NCBI GenBank assembly: GCA_965203355.1
Contig: OZ241889.1
Span: 3,200,001-3,264,000, forward strand
Origin: Candidatus Latescibacterota bacterium
GTDB lineage: Bacteria > Latescibacterota > UBA2968 > UBA8231
Direction: 5' to 3'
DNA: 64,000 nt
Shown here: positions 21,601-29,776 of the stretch, piece after piece
How the letters are laid out: each line of letters starts with the position of its first letter
How positions within the stretch are numbered: position 1 is the first letter of the stretch
Notes under the pieces: generated by a model
The model's database searches: none
Told to the model about the DNA's origin: nothing
Seen by the model: the letters and a program-made list of their open reading frames with translations, nothing else
Position numbers and translations under genes: made by a program

Positions 21601-21985
21601 CGTCGGCGGCAGTGAGTATCTCCAAGTTGAAGCGCCCGAATTGACCGCGGCTTCCCGGGACCTCGGCTAGATAGGTCTGGACGCTGTCACGCGAGCGATA
21701 GCGCCGCGGCAGAACCTCGCCATTGACGTGCATCCGCCCCCCGGACATCGCGCGGTAGAAGTGGGCAAAACTGCCGGGCAACGCCGCGTCGAAAAGGTCA
21801 TAGGCCCACGAGGGCGCAGTGGCCGAGGCTTTCTCATCTGCAAACTGCGCGAAGATGACTAATGCACTCAGATGCTCTGGCGTCGGCACAACCGGCTGCA
21901 CCGACGACTTCAACGCCGCGCAGGCCAACTGGGCCGCTAGGGTTTGGGATGGGAGGAGGAGAAGGAGGAATAATCGCCGCAGCAT
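18680..21985 (-). CDS. Second secreted M6 metalloprotease with beta-helix repeats and FlgD-Ig tail (paralog of 2186-4855)
   Basis: Signal peptide, DNDGPDGVPNSGDDDGYVD, HEFAHVLGLPDLFD, KQVDLVCADGLF, and C-terminal AYPNPFN...WDGRD..G..VASGVY. Confidence 0.85.
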   Translation of the reverse strand: MLRRLFLLLLLPSQTLAAQLACAALKSSVQPVVPTPEHLSALVIFAQFADEKASATAPSWAYDLFDAALPGSFAHFYRAMSGGRMHVNGEVLPRRYRSRDSVQTYLAEVPGSRGQFGRFNLEILTAADADADFGLFDNDGPDGVPNSGDDDGYVDIVFINLHTAPRDFFIGAATGIASLGLDADYISGDPAVGGGFVRVRSRFTGFGGTTQRGHTFSITASTMCHEFAHVLGLPDLFDQTALTGAELAPEEDSAGIGNWGIMGWGTLGWGVEDGPNAFSAWSLATLGWIEVVEVEGSVAGLAIGEIFRDRQAYKIPLTQDEYFLLEYRRADGSYYNRNIPQDGLLIWHIDEQADNDEERHKQVDLVCADGLFADRGFPNGNPDAVAGRDNLDFWARDAAYASAHNGNKGDATDPFDGVRFRRFAWDTNPAFSGHAGFARNVPLSMAIDNIRPQGAAMVVDVVRQQRPGHIVGDAMWTGPVDLDRDVIVLPGATLTIDAGTEVRFARGDALGTGFDPDRSELIVYGALKIGEGASFASSAVRPGPLDWSGIYLLDGQAVDPAAIAIEHAQRGVVGFRLPPGRTQWLDEQAVYADLVVPVGSELHIGPSRVSFGRSDLSRRGASPAFAELIVEGALTIEGMAGQRAQLTTDPGPENDGLWYGIRVRPGAQVEVRHAELSRTGFAFSGEIDEATSLRIADSAVRESGGNGLRLMLNGRAQVDRSEFTTIAGPALLMAGSGQLALRNVAIEGNGQEGILLNNASLEAIRVAVIDNGRLDPDDPRVGVRAIGGRGQRIEMWESQIEQNTGHGMDLTAWQGAVELHNSRFVANQGDGLRAGGATRLALAQVLVERNLRAGAEIAGSLVEIWNSTFRAHVAAGLRLGPGTRGAIERGSFVGGRSLALTGVESLEIRASEFVRGTPAIQSANSAPHIFGNRFADNTVAIRVEGPRVPKAIGGNTFANNTVAIENLAAEELNAQDNDWSGADSAAIAAQIEGAVAWTEKDASKAVVLPADFALHPAYPNPFNAAVALSFDLPKAAVVALVLYDGLGRPARHLVEGPLAAGRYRFVWDGRDQEGRAVASGVYFYRLTADSFVAVGRLALVR

Positions 21986-22163
21986 GAAGTGTTCACATCA
22001 TCAGATCAAACTGTGTGTTGCGTAGTTGATCTGTCGAGCTTTACTGGAATCAAAGATTTTCAAACGCCTAATTTTGTTCAACTTCCCTATTAGTGCCCGC
22101 CAGCTAATTGGATTGCCAGACCAATGAGCTGTTTTAGCTGTTCTCTACTACTGCGTCGAGAAG

Positions 22164-22229
22164 CTACAAACTCTCCCAAACGGATCGACTGGCCTCGGCC
22201 TGCTGTAAAATCTTGTTCAAAACGCCTCT
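22164..22229 (-). pseudogene. hicA: C-terminal remnant of a HicA toxin
   Basis: The minus-strand frame reads RGVLNKILQQAEASRSVWESL*, matching the HicA C-terminal helix pattern (xGLLxxILxQAGxSxxxWExL). It has no start or N-terminus. Confidence 0.6.
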
Positions 22230-22426
22230 GGCAGTGGGTGATCCATTCTCAACCCAAGGATGATCCAGCCTTCAAGCACAGATTGCAATTCTTCACGGCA
22301 CTGTTCTAAGGTATCCGCATTTGCATACACCCCTTGAAAGCCAGCGATTTCCCCATAAAACGTTTGATCGTCGAGAGTCTCGTATGTAGCGTACTTCATC
22401 GCCGATTGAATATAGGCCGTTAGCAT
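22217..22426 (-). CDS. hicB: HicB-like antitoxin (C-terminus probably clipped)
   Basis: MLTAYIQSAMKYATYE..DD..FYGEI..FQGVYA...TLE.CREEL.SVLEGWI..GL...HPLP is the short HicB-family pattern. Confidence 0.8.
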   Translation of the reverse strand: MLTAYIQSAMKYATYETLDDQTFYGEIAGFQGVYANADTLEQCREELQSVLEGWIILGLRMDHPLPEAF

Positions 22427-22508
22427 AGAATGCTCACTTTCAAGGTTCATTCCATAGGGACATGATGTTCTATGGAAAAACGCGCTAGTGTCGCCCCAAC
22501 GCTATCCA

Positions 22509-23936
22509 TCAAAACGTATCGAACGGCGTCTGTCGGCATTCGCGGATGAATTCGGTGGCTTCGCGGTCATAGGTGAGGAAGGGGTCGTCGAGGTTGAGAA
22601 ACTTATCGTCGCCCACGCAAATGGAATCCCAATCAATTTGATAGCGCGTCTTCTGGTCGGTCAGCGCCCTCATCACGCGCGAGCGCACACTGGCGCGAGT
22701 ATCAACCGGGGGGTGCGTGATGGCTTGATTGATCTGCTCGTCGCTGACAACTCGCTTGACCATCCCGCGCTCGTACAGGTCGAAGTAGAGGCTCCGCGCC
22801 GTGTTGAGATTGTGGTATTCCAAATCCAAACTTTGGATCCAAGTATCCTGCCAGTCCAGCCCCTCTTCCCGCATGAAGTACTCCAAGAGCCATTTCTTGG
22901 CCACCCAATCGACGCGATCGACCAAGCACTGCGGATCGTGCTCTAAGGCGTCGATGACAAAGCGCCACTCGTCCAACACCCAGTCGCCCTCTTCGTCCCG
23001 GCCGCGCAAATGGCGGTCGGCCAGGTCGAGATACGCGCGCTGGATCTCGGTCGCCGTAGTGTAGCGACCATCCTCTAGCTGCACTTCCCAGCGATAGGTC
23101 ATGTCGCGCGAAATCTCGCGGATGGCTTGCACCGGGTCGAGGAGCTTGATGTCGTCGCAGACCCCGCGCTCTTGCTCTTCCAAAAGCTGCAACAACAAGG
23201 CCGTGGTCCCCACCTTTAGCGCCGTGGCGTACTCCATCATATTCGAGTCGCCCACCAGCAGGTGCAAGCGGCGGTACAACCCCCAATCGGCCAGTGGCTC
23301 GTCGCGCGTGTTGATAATTGCGCGGCTAAACTGAATCCACTGGTAGATCTCCGTGACGATATGGTCGGCCCGTTGTGATAGCTGGAATCCAACGCTTTCG
23401 TCTTCGGCATTGCCGTACTCGAAAATATCCGTGTGGCAACCCACGCGGCCAGCACCGGCGAATATCTGGCGGGTGACAAAAAAAGGCAGCATGGTCGGCA
23501 GCAGCACTTGCGAAAACGGCACCTCTCGCCGCACGAGATAGTTTTCGTGGCAGCCAAACGTAGCCCCGGTGTAGTGGTCGATATTGTTCTTGAAAAAGGC
23601 CGCGCTATCAGCCAAGCCAAGCTGATCTAGCGCGCGCTGCACCAACCGATCACCGGCCCGATCCGTAGCCACCAAATCAAAAAGCCCGGTGCATTCTGGA
23701 GTGGCGTATTCGAGATGGCCCATGTCGATGTACATGCGCCCGCCATTAAAAAGAAAGCCGCCGTTGCCGGGCGGCTCATCTCGGCCTCGATAGTGCATAT
23801 CAATAAGGCCCAAGTCCTCGCGGTAGAACACCCAGTCCTTGACCTTTATCGACACAAAATCGGGACTCAAAAAGGGATCTGAAGCCGGCGGCAGACAACC
23901 GTACTCGGTTTCCAGCCCGTAGATGCGCCCTTCCAT
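22509..23936 (-). CDS. pafA: Pup/UBact-protein ligase PafA
   Basis: RIYGLETEYG, FNGGRMYID.GH.EYATPEC, KNNID, GCHENY, IINTRDEP.AD, RRLHLLVGDSN and LDLEYH motifs; last gene of the proteasome operon. Confidence 0.88.
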   Translation of the reverse strand: MEGRIYGLETEYGCLPPASDPFLSPDFVSIKVKDWVFYREDLGLIDMHYRGRDEPPGNGGFLFNGGRMYIDMGHLEYATPECTGLFDLVATDRAGDRLVQRALDQLGLADSAAFFKNNIDHYTGATFGCHENYLVRREVPFSQVLLPTMLPFFVTRQIFAGAGRVGCHTDIFEYGNAEDESVGFQLSQRADHIVTEIYQWIQFSRAIINTRDEPLADWGLYRRLHLLVGDSNMMEYATALKVGTTALLLQLLEEQERGVCDDIKLLDPVQAIREISRDMTYRWEVQLEDGRYTTATEIQRAYLDLADRHLRGRDEEGDWVLDEWRFVIDALEHDPQCLVDRVDWVAKKWLLEYFMREEGLDWQDTWIQSLDLEYHNLNTARSLYFDLYERGMVKRVVSDEQINQAITHPPVDTRASVRSRVMRALTDQKTRYQIDWDSICVGDDKFLNLDDPFLTYDREATEFIRECRQTPFDTF

Positions 23937-23937
23937 A

Positions 23938-24699
23938 CTAGACCTCGAAGTAGGAAGCGAGTGACGGGGCTAGTTGTTCCGCGGTGAGCAGGCCGAACTT
24001 CGACTTGGCGGCGCGGTCGCGGTCGAGCACGGCGGCCTCGACTGTCAGCCCTCGCAAACCGCCTTTTAGAAAATCGCGCACAGCCTCTACGCTGGGCACC
24101 TCTCCATCGCGGGCGTCGAGCGTCAACCGACCCAATCCCCACACCTCCAACGCCGCGCTCAAGGCTTGGTCGAGGGGCAGATCTGGGCTGATCTCTTGCA
24201 GTTGTGCCGTCATCGCCTGGGCACTCGCAGCGTTGCCGCTGATGGCCGCCGTGCGACCGCTCTGGGCAAAGGACCCATCGGCGTCAATGGTAAAAAAGGC
24301 GTCGCCGCGGCCGTCCGGGTCGAGCTCGGCCATCAGCACGCGGGCGACAAACGGCGAGCGAAACAACTCGTCGAAAGACGCCTTCATCAGCGGGCCAATG
24401 CCAAAGCTGACCAATCGCTGCAAGGTCACGTCGTTGGCCGACAAGTTGAATCCATCGAGATGGGCGATGTCGATAACGGCTTTGCGCAGCTTTTCGATGT
24501 CGGCCGGGTGCCCCACGGCCGCAAAGGCAATCTCGTCGTACACCTCAAAGAGCTTGCGCGGGCCCGGGGTAGCCGTCAGCAGCAACACCCCGTCGGCATA
24601 CGTCGTGCCCACCACCGGACTGCCGCCCGCAAGCTGATCTTCCACGTACTCGCGGCGGTTGTTGATGGCTTCAACCCAGCGATAAGGTTCTTCTAACAT
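23938..24699 (-). CDS. prcA: 20S proteasome alpha subunit
   Basis: EEPYRW...RREYV...GSPVVG, RKLFEVYD.IAFAAVG and EAAVLDR motifs; position between prcB and pafA. Confidence 0.85.
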   Translation of the reverse strand: MLEEPYRWVEAINNRREYVEDQLAGGSPVVGTTYADGVLLLTATPGPRKLFEVYDEIAFAAVGHPADIEKLRKAVIDIAHLDGFNLSANDVTLQRLVSFGIGPLMKASFDELFRSPFVARVLMAELDPDGRGDAFFTIDADGSFAQSGRTAAISGNAASAQAMTAQLQEISPDLPLDQALSAALEVWGLGRLTLDARDGEVPSVEAVRDFLKGGLRGLTVEAAVLDRDRAAKSKFGLLTAEQLAPSLASYFEV

Positions 24700-24703
24700 G
24701 CCT

Positions 24704-25462
24704 TCAAGCCCTTTGGTAGAGCGCGGCCAAATCCGCCTCGGGTACCGTGTGCAAGCCCGCGGCCGTCACCTGCACGACCTGGGGGAAAACGTGCGCAGCC
24801 TCGCGGAAGCCGCCCGTAGCCGTGTCGTATTCAGCGGCGGTCTCCAGCATCTTGAGCACCAGCTCGACCGCCTGTTCTCCAGCCATTTCTCGCAGCGGCT
24901 GCGGCCCCCAGCGGTTTTGGTAGTACAGCGCGCCGCGCACGATGTGGGCACCCGACCCAGTGGCGCAGAAATCCACGCACTCGAATTCGGCCCCCAAAAG
25001 GTCGTAAAAGAAAATTTTGCCCTCGGCGGCTGCGGGGTCAAAGGCCGCAAAAATCGGCACCACAGCGCCAATCCCCTGCATGGCCAGCGGCAAGTTCTGG
25101 CGCAATAGCCGCGACAACGTCCGCACCTTGCCGTCCAAGCTCAGCCCTTGGAGCTGGCTACGGCGGTAGTACTGCACCGACATTTCCAGCATCCGCGCAA
25201 TGTCCCACGCCACGGCCGGCGAGCCGGCAATGGCCATGACGGCTTCGTCGTCGATGATCAACACTTTGTCGGCGCGGTCGTACACCACCGAGTTGCCCAT
25301 GGTGGCGCGGCGATCGCCAGCCACCACCACCCCGTCGGCGCAGCGCACCGCTACAATCGTGGTGCCCTCGACCAGCGGCAAGGACGCTTCTGGAGTGGCA
25401 ACGGGGGCGACGGGCAAAGCCCCACGCTCCTTGAGCAAGTTGAGGAAGTCGCAGCTTTCCAT
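24704..25462 (-). CDS. prcB: 20S proteasome beta subunit (33-aa propeptide, Thr1 nucleophile)
   Basis: G|TTIVA processing site, GDRRAT (Asp17), Lys33, ATGSG and D.ATGG motifs. Confidence 0.92.
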   Translation of the reverse strand: MESCDFLNLLKERGALPVAPVATPEASLPLVEGTTIVAVRCADGVVVAGDRRATMGNSVVYDRADKVLIIDDEAVMAIAGSPAVAWDIARMLEMSVQYYRRSQLQGLSLDGKVRTLSRLLRQNLPLAMQGIGAVVPIFAAFDPAAAEGKIFFYDLLGAEFECVDFCATGSGAHIVRGALYYQNRWGPQPLREMAGEQAVELVLKMLETAAEYDTATGGFREAAHVFPQVVQVTAAGLHTVPEADLAALYQRA

Positions 25463-25468
25463 CGGCCG

Positions 25469-25660
25469 CTATTGGCCGGTGCGCTGGCGGTAGCGACGCG
25501 CCTGATTGGGATCTACGCGGCGCATCCGCTTGAGGATGTCGTCCGTGCTGGGGCGCTCGACCCGCGGCCGGCGCGGGCCGGTATCCGGGCCGTCGTCGTT
25601 GCCGTCGAGCGGCTTGGTCGGCCGGGGCGCACGCTCCCGGTAGTACATAAAATCGCTCAT
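25469..25660 (-). CDS. ubact: UBact prokaryotic ubiquitin-like modifier (Gln-terminated)
   Basis: 63-aa disordered protein ending ILKRMRRVDPNQARRYRQRTGQ, which fits the UBact R[T/S]G[E/Q] signature. It lies between dop and prcB and has a GGAGG RBS. Confidence 0.9.
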   Translation of the reverse strand: MSDFMYYRERAPRPTKPLDGNDDGPDTGPRRPRVERPSTDDILKRMRRVDPNQARRYRQRTGQ

Positions 25661-27201
25661 GGTGACACCTCCGGTTTTGGTTTTTTACCTAGTCTGGCGA
25701 GCAAATCCTCGACGCTCGCCGCCTCGTCTAAAGCCTCGTTATAATAAGTCGCGGTCTCTCGACTGACACAAGCCTTGAGGTCGATGACCTCGGTGCGGCC
25801 GTCGAGTTCCAGCTCAATGCTGTCCCAGTTGAGCGAGCGCACCGCAGCGGCAAATTTCTGCAACATCTTGCCGCGAAAGTAAGCGCGCGTGTCTTTAGGC
25901 GGATTGACCAACGCCCAGCCCACCTCCGCTTCAGAGACGACGCGCTCCACTTGGCCGGCGGCTTCAAGCACCGGGTACAGCCCTTCAGCCGGATCGATGT
26001 TGTGGTATTCGAGGTCTTGGCTTTGCAGCCACGCGAGGTCGGCCGGCCGTTCCCAATCGAGGCGCTCGGACTCGGCAAATGCATCTAACAGCCACTTTTT
26101 GGTCACCCAATCGACGCGGCCAATCAACGCTTGCGGATCGCGCGCGAGGGCATCCAACACGTCGCGCCAAGCCGCAAGAACCCAATCGGTCTCCTCGTCG
26201 CGGCCCTGAAAAACACCCGTCGCCGCAGCCATAATGGCCGTCTGTATCTCCAGCGCCGAACTCATCCTACCCTCGGCCAAAGCCACCGGCCACTGCCGGG
26301 ACTCGTCGCGGGAAATGGCCTTGAGCGCCCCAATGGGATCGGCCAAAGTACATGCGGGCAATGCACCAGCCTCTAGCAGATCCAGCACCAAGGAAGCCGT
26401 GCCAACTTTGAGCGCCGTAGCGTATTCGCACATGTTGGCGTCGCCGATGATCAGATGCAGGCGGCGGTGTTGCGCCGGATTGGCGTGCGGCTCATCGCGC
26501 GTGTTGACCAGCGGACGGCGGTGCATGGTATCAACGCTGGCGATGACCTCGAAAAAGTCCGCACGCTGGGTTAGCTGATACGTGGCGGCGCGCGCCCGGG
26601 CGTCCTGTTCGACGCCGACTTTGCCGGCCCCAGCAAAAATTTGCCGCGTCACCACAAAGGGCAGCAGCCCGTTGATCACCTGCTGGAAGGGCATATCGCG
26701 GCTGAGCAGGAAGTTCTCGTGGCAACCGTAGCTATGCCCCTCAAAGTCCGTGTTGTTTTTGTACAGACGCACCACGCCGCGACCGCGATCTTCGGTGCGT
26801 TGACGCGCACATTGGCGGAGAATCCGCTCCCCAGCGCGATCAACGGCGACCAAGTCGCGGAGGCTATAGCATTCTGGGGTGGAAAATTCTGGGTGGGTGT
26901 GATCGTTGTACAGGCGGGCCCCGTTGTGGACGATCAAGTCGCTTTTGAGGTCCGCTAGCTCAATCGGGCGCTGGCGATCCTGCTGCAAGTGGACGGTCTC
27001 GTCCTTGTCGTTGAGGAGTTCGGCGACCTCAAAGCCGCGCATGTCGAGCCGCGGGTTTTCGAGCGCGTAATTCCAGCGGGCAACAAAATCTTGGCGCACA
27101 TAGCAGCGAATCAACTCCATGGACTCTACCACCACGTCCATGGACTCGTCTTCGTCAACTTGGATGCCGTACTCGGTTTCTAAGCCGCAGAGCCGCTGCA
27201 T
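25657..27201 (-). CDS. dop: Deamidase/depupylase Dop
   Basis: GLETEYGI, W.Y..E.P..D.RGF Dop loop, NGARLYNDH.HPE.STPEC, SYGCHEN, TM..RPLVNTRDEPHA and RRLHLIIGDAN motifs. Confidence 0.9.
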   Translation of the reverse strand: MQRLCGLETEYGIQVDEDESMDVVVESMELIRCYVRQDFVARWNYALENPRLDMRGFEVAELLNDKDETVHLQQDRQRPIELADLKSDLIVHNGARLYNDHTHPEFSTPECYSLRDLVAVDRAGERILRQCARQRTEDRGRGVVRLYKNNTDFEGHSYGCHENFLLSRDMPFQQVINGLLPFVVTRQIFAGAGKVGVEQDARARAATYQLTQRADFFEVIASVDTMHRRPLVNTRDEPHANPAQHRRLHLIIGDANMCEYATALKVGTASLVLDLLEAGALPACTLADPIGALKAISRDESRQWPVALAEGRMSSALEIQTAIMAAATGVFQGRDEETDWVLAAWRDVLDALARDPQALIGRVDWVTKKWLLDAFAESERLDWERPADLAWLQSQDLEYHNIDPAEGLYPVLEAAGQVERVVSEAEVGWALVNPPKDTRAYFRGKMLQKFAAAVRSLNWDSIELELDGRTEVIDLKACVSRETATYYNEALDEAASVEDLLARLGKKPKPEVSP

Positions 27202-27209
27202 GAGCTAAG

Positions 27210-28904
27210 TCAGATCACCTGACCAACGCGCTTTTCCGGTGACTTTTCCGGCTGGGGCCTAACCGGGGTCACCCGCACGACGTTTTCCGGCTCGTAGTCG
27301 AGTAGTTTGAGCCAGTCCTCGACGCTATCCGAAGGGGGGAACACCTCGTTTTCGCGGTATTCAGCCCGCGTCGCCTGCCGCAAGTCCTCGGCGCAGATTC
27401 CGCCTGCGGGATTTTCTTCGGCAATGGCGCGCTTGATCGCCATTTCCTTGGCCCGCGATACGACCGAGGCGATGATGGCCCCGGAAATCAAATCGCCGCG
27501 ATAGAGCACTTCTTGGCGACCGCTGCGCAGCGACACCTCCAAGAAGCGCGCTTCTTCGCCTTTGGCGAACAACTCGTTCAAGCCCGCCTGTATCAGGGCC
27601 TCACGCGCAGCCGCCTCGCCCCCGTGTTGCTCCACCTCGGCGCGATCAATCGGCAACTCGGGCTTGAGGTAAATGCCCAAAATGTCGGCGGCCGCCTCGT
27701 AGTTGGGGCGCGCGACCTTGATCTTGCGGTCGATGCGGCCGGGCCGGAGCACCGCTGGATCGATCAAATCGTGGCGGTTGGAAGCCAAAATCAGCACCAC
27801 ATCGTGCAGCGACTCAATGCCATCCATCTCAGTGCAAAACATCGGCACGACCGTATTGGAGATGTTGTGGCTGCGCATCGAGCGCCGCGTGCCCAAGATC
27901 GACTCGGCTTCGTCGATAAAGACAAAAGGCAAATAACCTTCCTTGCGCTTTTGGCGCGCCTGAGCAAAGACTTCGCGCACCATGCGTTCGGTCTCGCCGA
28001 GCCACATGTTGAGAATCTCCGGCCCCTTGATGTGCATGAAATACTCTTCCAGTTCCAGTCCTTCGACCTCGCGCATGTGCTGCACCAAGTTGTACGCGGT
28101 GGCTTTGCCGATGAGGGTCTTGCCACAGCCCGGCGGGCCGTAGAGTAGAAAGCCTTTGGGCGTCGAATACTCGAAGCGCTCAAAGAGCTGGGGGTGCAAC
28201 GTGGGTAGTTCAATGGTGTCGCGGATGGCCTCAATCGCCTCTTGCTGACCGCCGATGCTCTCCCAAGGAGTGGGCGGCACGTCCTCGATGAAGTACTCCT
28301 TGCTCTCGGCGGACTGCAAAACTTCCAACGCAACCTTGTAGGCCGGGTCCATCCGCACCTCGTCGCCGATTTGCAAATTCGCGTCAGCCAATTCCGCGGC
28401 GCGTTCCACGACCACCTCTTGGGCGCCGTGCGCTTGGGCGATGCGCAAGCGGCCCTCGGGCAGCAGGTCGCCGATCTTGGCCACCGGCCCCGAGGGGCTG
28501 TGCCCCAAGTTGCCGACGACCGCATACGCTTCGTTCACCAGCACTCGGCAGCCAACCTGGAGCTGCGCCCCATCGACGCGCGGGTCAATGTTGGCATAGT
28601 ACTCGGCGCTGCCGACAAATACCGTGGCAACCCCCTCGCTCGGCATCCCGAGGAAAATGCCGACGCGGTTGGCTGGGGCCGTTACTTTTTCTAGCGCGGC
28701 TTCCATCTCCACGAGGGCACGCCGCGCCTCCTGAAAGGAAATCTCTCGCTCCATAAGCTGGCGCCGGAGGCGGTACAGCAGCGGGCGAGCCGGGTCGCGG
28801 TCTGGGGCGAGCGCAAGGAGCTTATCGACCAAGCGCAACGGCTCGGCTACCCGCTCCTCTGGCTCTTGGACCTTGTCGTATTCGTGCGATTCCCTGCGGT
28901 TCAT
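27210..28904 (-). CDS. arc: Proteasomal AAA+ ATPase ARC/Mpa
   Basis: N-terminal coiled coil, two OB domains, GPPGCGKT, IKGPEILN, FIDEAES, ASNR.DLIDPAVLRPGRIDRKI and SGAII motifs. Confidence 0.93.
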   Translation of the reverse strand: MNRRESHEYDKVQEPEERVAEPLRLVDKLLALAPDRDPARPLLYRLRRQLMEREISFQEARRALVEMEAALEKVTAPANRVGIFLGMPSEGVATVFVGSAEYYANIDPRVDGAQLQVGCRVLVNEAYAVVGNLGHSPSGPVAKIGDLLPEGRLRIAQAHGAQEVVVERAAELADANLQIGDEVRMDPAYKVALEVLQSAESKEYFIEDVPPTPWESIGGQQEAIEAIRDTIELPTLHPQLFERFEYSTPKGFLLYGPPGCGKTLIGKATAYNLVQHMREVEGLELEEYFMHIKGPEILNMWLGETERMVREVFAQARQKRKEGYLPFVFIDEAESILGTRRSMRSHNISNTVVPMFCTEMDGIESLHDVVLILASNRHDLIDPAVLRPGRIDRKIKVARPNYEAAADILGIYLKPELPIDRAEVEQHGGEAAAREALIQAGLNELFAKGEEARFLEVSLRSGRQEVLYRGDLISGAIIASVVSRAKEMAIKRAIAEENPAGGICAEDLRQATRAEYRENEVFPPSDSVEDWLKLLDYEPENVVRVTPVRPQPEKSPEKRVGQVI

Positions 28905-28916
28905 GGCATCCTCCCA

Positions 28917-29621
28917 CTAGTGGATCACGTCGCCGAGACGCCCGTAGCGCACTCGGCTGGGCAGGCGCCAGACAAAGCTGGCGACCACGGCCGGCAGCGA
29001 CGTCAAGCCCTGGTAGTAAGGCCCGCGCGTGTCGGGCTTCCACGACCAATAGATACTCATGGCCTTGCCCTTGATCAACCGCTTGGGCACCGCACGAAAG
29101 TAGCGGCTGTCCGAGCTATTGTCGCGGTTGTCGCCCATCATAAAGAAATGGCCCTCGGGCACAATGTACGGACCAAAATTGTCGCGTGGATTGCGCTCCG
29201 CTGGATAGTACCGGCGGTCGGCGTACTTGGCCAACGGCGGGTCTTGCACCGGCTCGCCATTGACGTGGAGCACTTTGTCGATGATGTGGACTTCCTGCCC
29301 TCCGACGGCGACACAGCGCTTAATCAAGTCGCGCTTCTCGTCCTGCGGAGAACGGAAAATCACGATGTCGCCCGGCTGTGGTTCCTTGAGCGCGGGCAGA
29401 CGGAAGAGGGAAATGCTCGTCAGGGGTACATCTACTGGAACGCCGTAGACAAACTTGTTGGCCAGCAGATAATCGCCCACCAAGAGCGTGTCTTCCATCG
29501 AGCTAGAAGGGATGTAAAAGGCCTGCACCACCCCGGTGCGAATGACCAAAAACAAACCCACGACAGTCAGTATTGAATACAGGTATTGGCCAAATTCGGA
29601 CTTTTGCTTGGCCTGCTTCAT
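28917..29621 (-). CDS. lepB: Signal peptidase I
   Basis: TM anchor, IPSSSMEDTL (Ser), IKR (Lys) and MMGDNRDNSSDSR. Confidence 0.95.
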   Translation of the reverse strand: MKQAKQKSEFGQYLYSILTVVGLFLVIRTGVVQAFYIPSSSMEDTLLVGDYLLANKFVYGVPVDVPLTSISLFRLPALKEPQPGDIVIFRSPQDEKRDLIKRCVAVGGQEVHIIDKVLHVNGEPVQDPPLAKYADRRYYPAERNPRDNFGPYIVPEGHFFMMGDNRDNSSDSRYFRAVPKRLIKGKAMSIYWSWKPDTRGPYYQGLTSLPAVVASFVWRLPSRVRYGRLGDVIH

Positions 29622-29634
29622 GTGCGGAATCTCC

Positions 29635-29717
29635 TCAGACCTGAATAATAAACGAAACGGCTTTGCCAGCCGCCATCTTCAGACCTGAGTATAATAAACG
29701 GCTTTCCTAACCGCCAT
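29635..29717. repeat. Imperfect tandem duplication (about 40 bp x2) upstream of lepB
   Basis: TCAGACCTGA-ATAATAAACG..GCTTT.C.A.CCGCCAT occurs at 29635-29676 and 29679-29717. Confidence 0.75.
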
Positions 29718-29776
29718 TTGCACTTAGCTTGGGCTACCTGCTTTCCCAATTTAGGAATAGGGCTATAAGCACCGTA

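Noticed and set aside
25469-25660. Canonical Pup
   Set aside because: It lacks the Pup C-terminal F..QKGG[E/Q] and matches the UBact RTG[E/Q] pattern instead.
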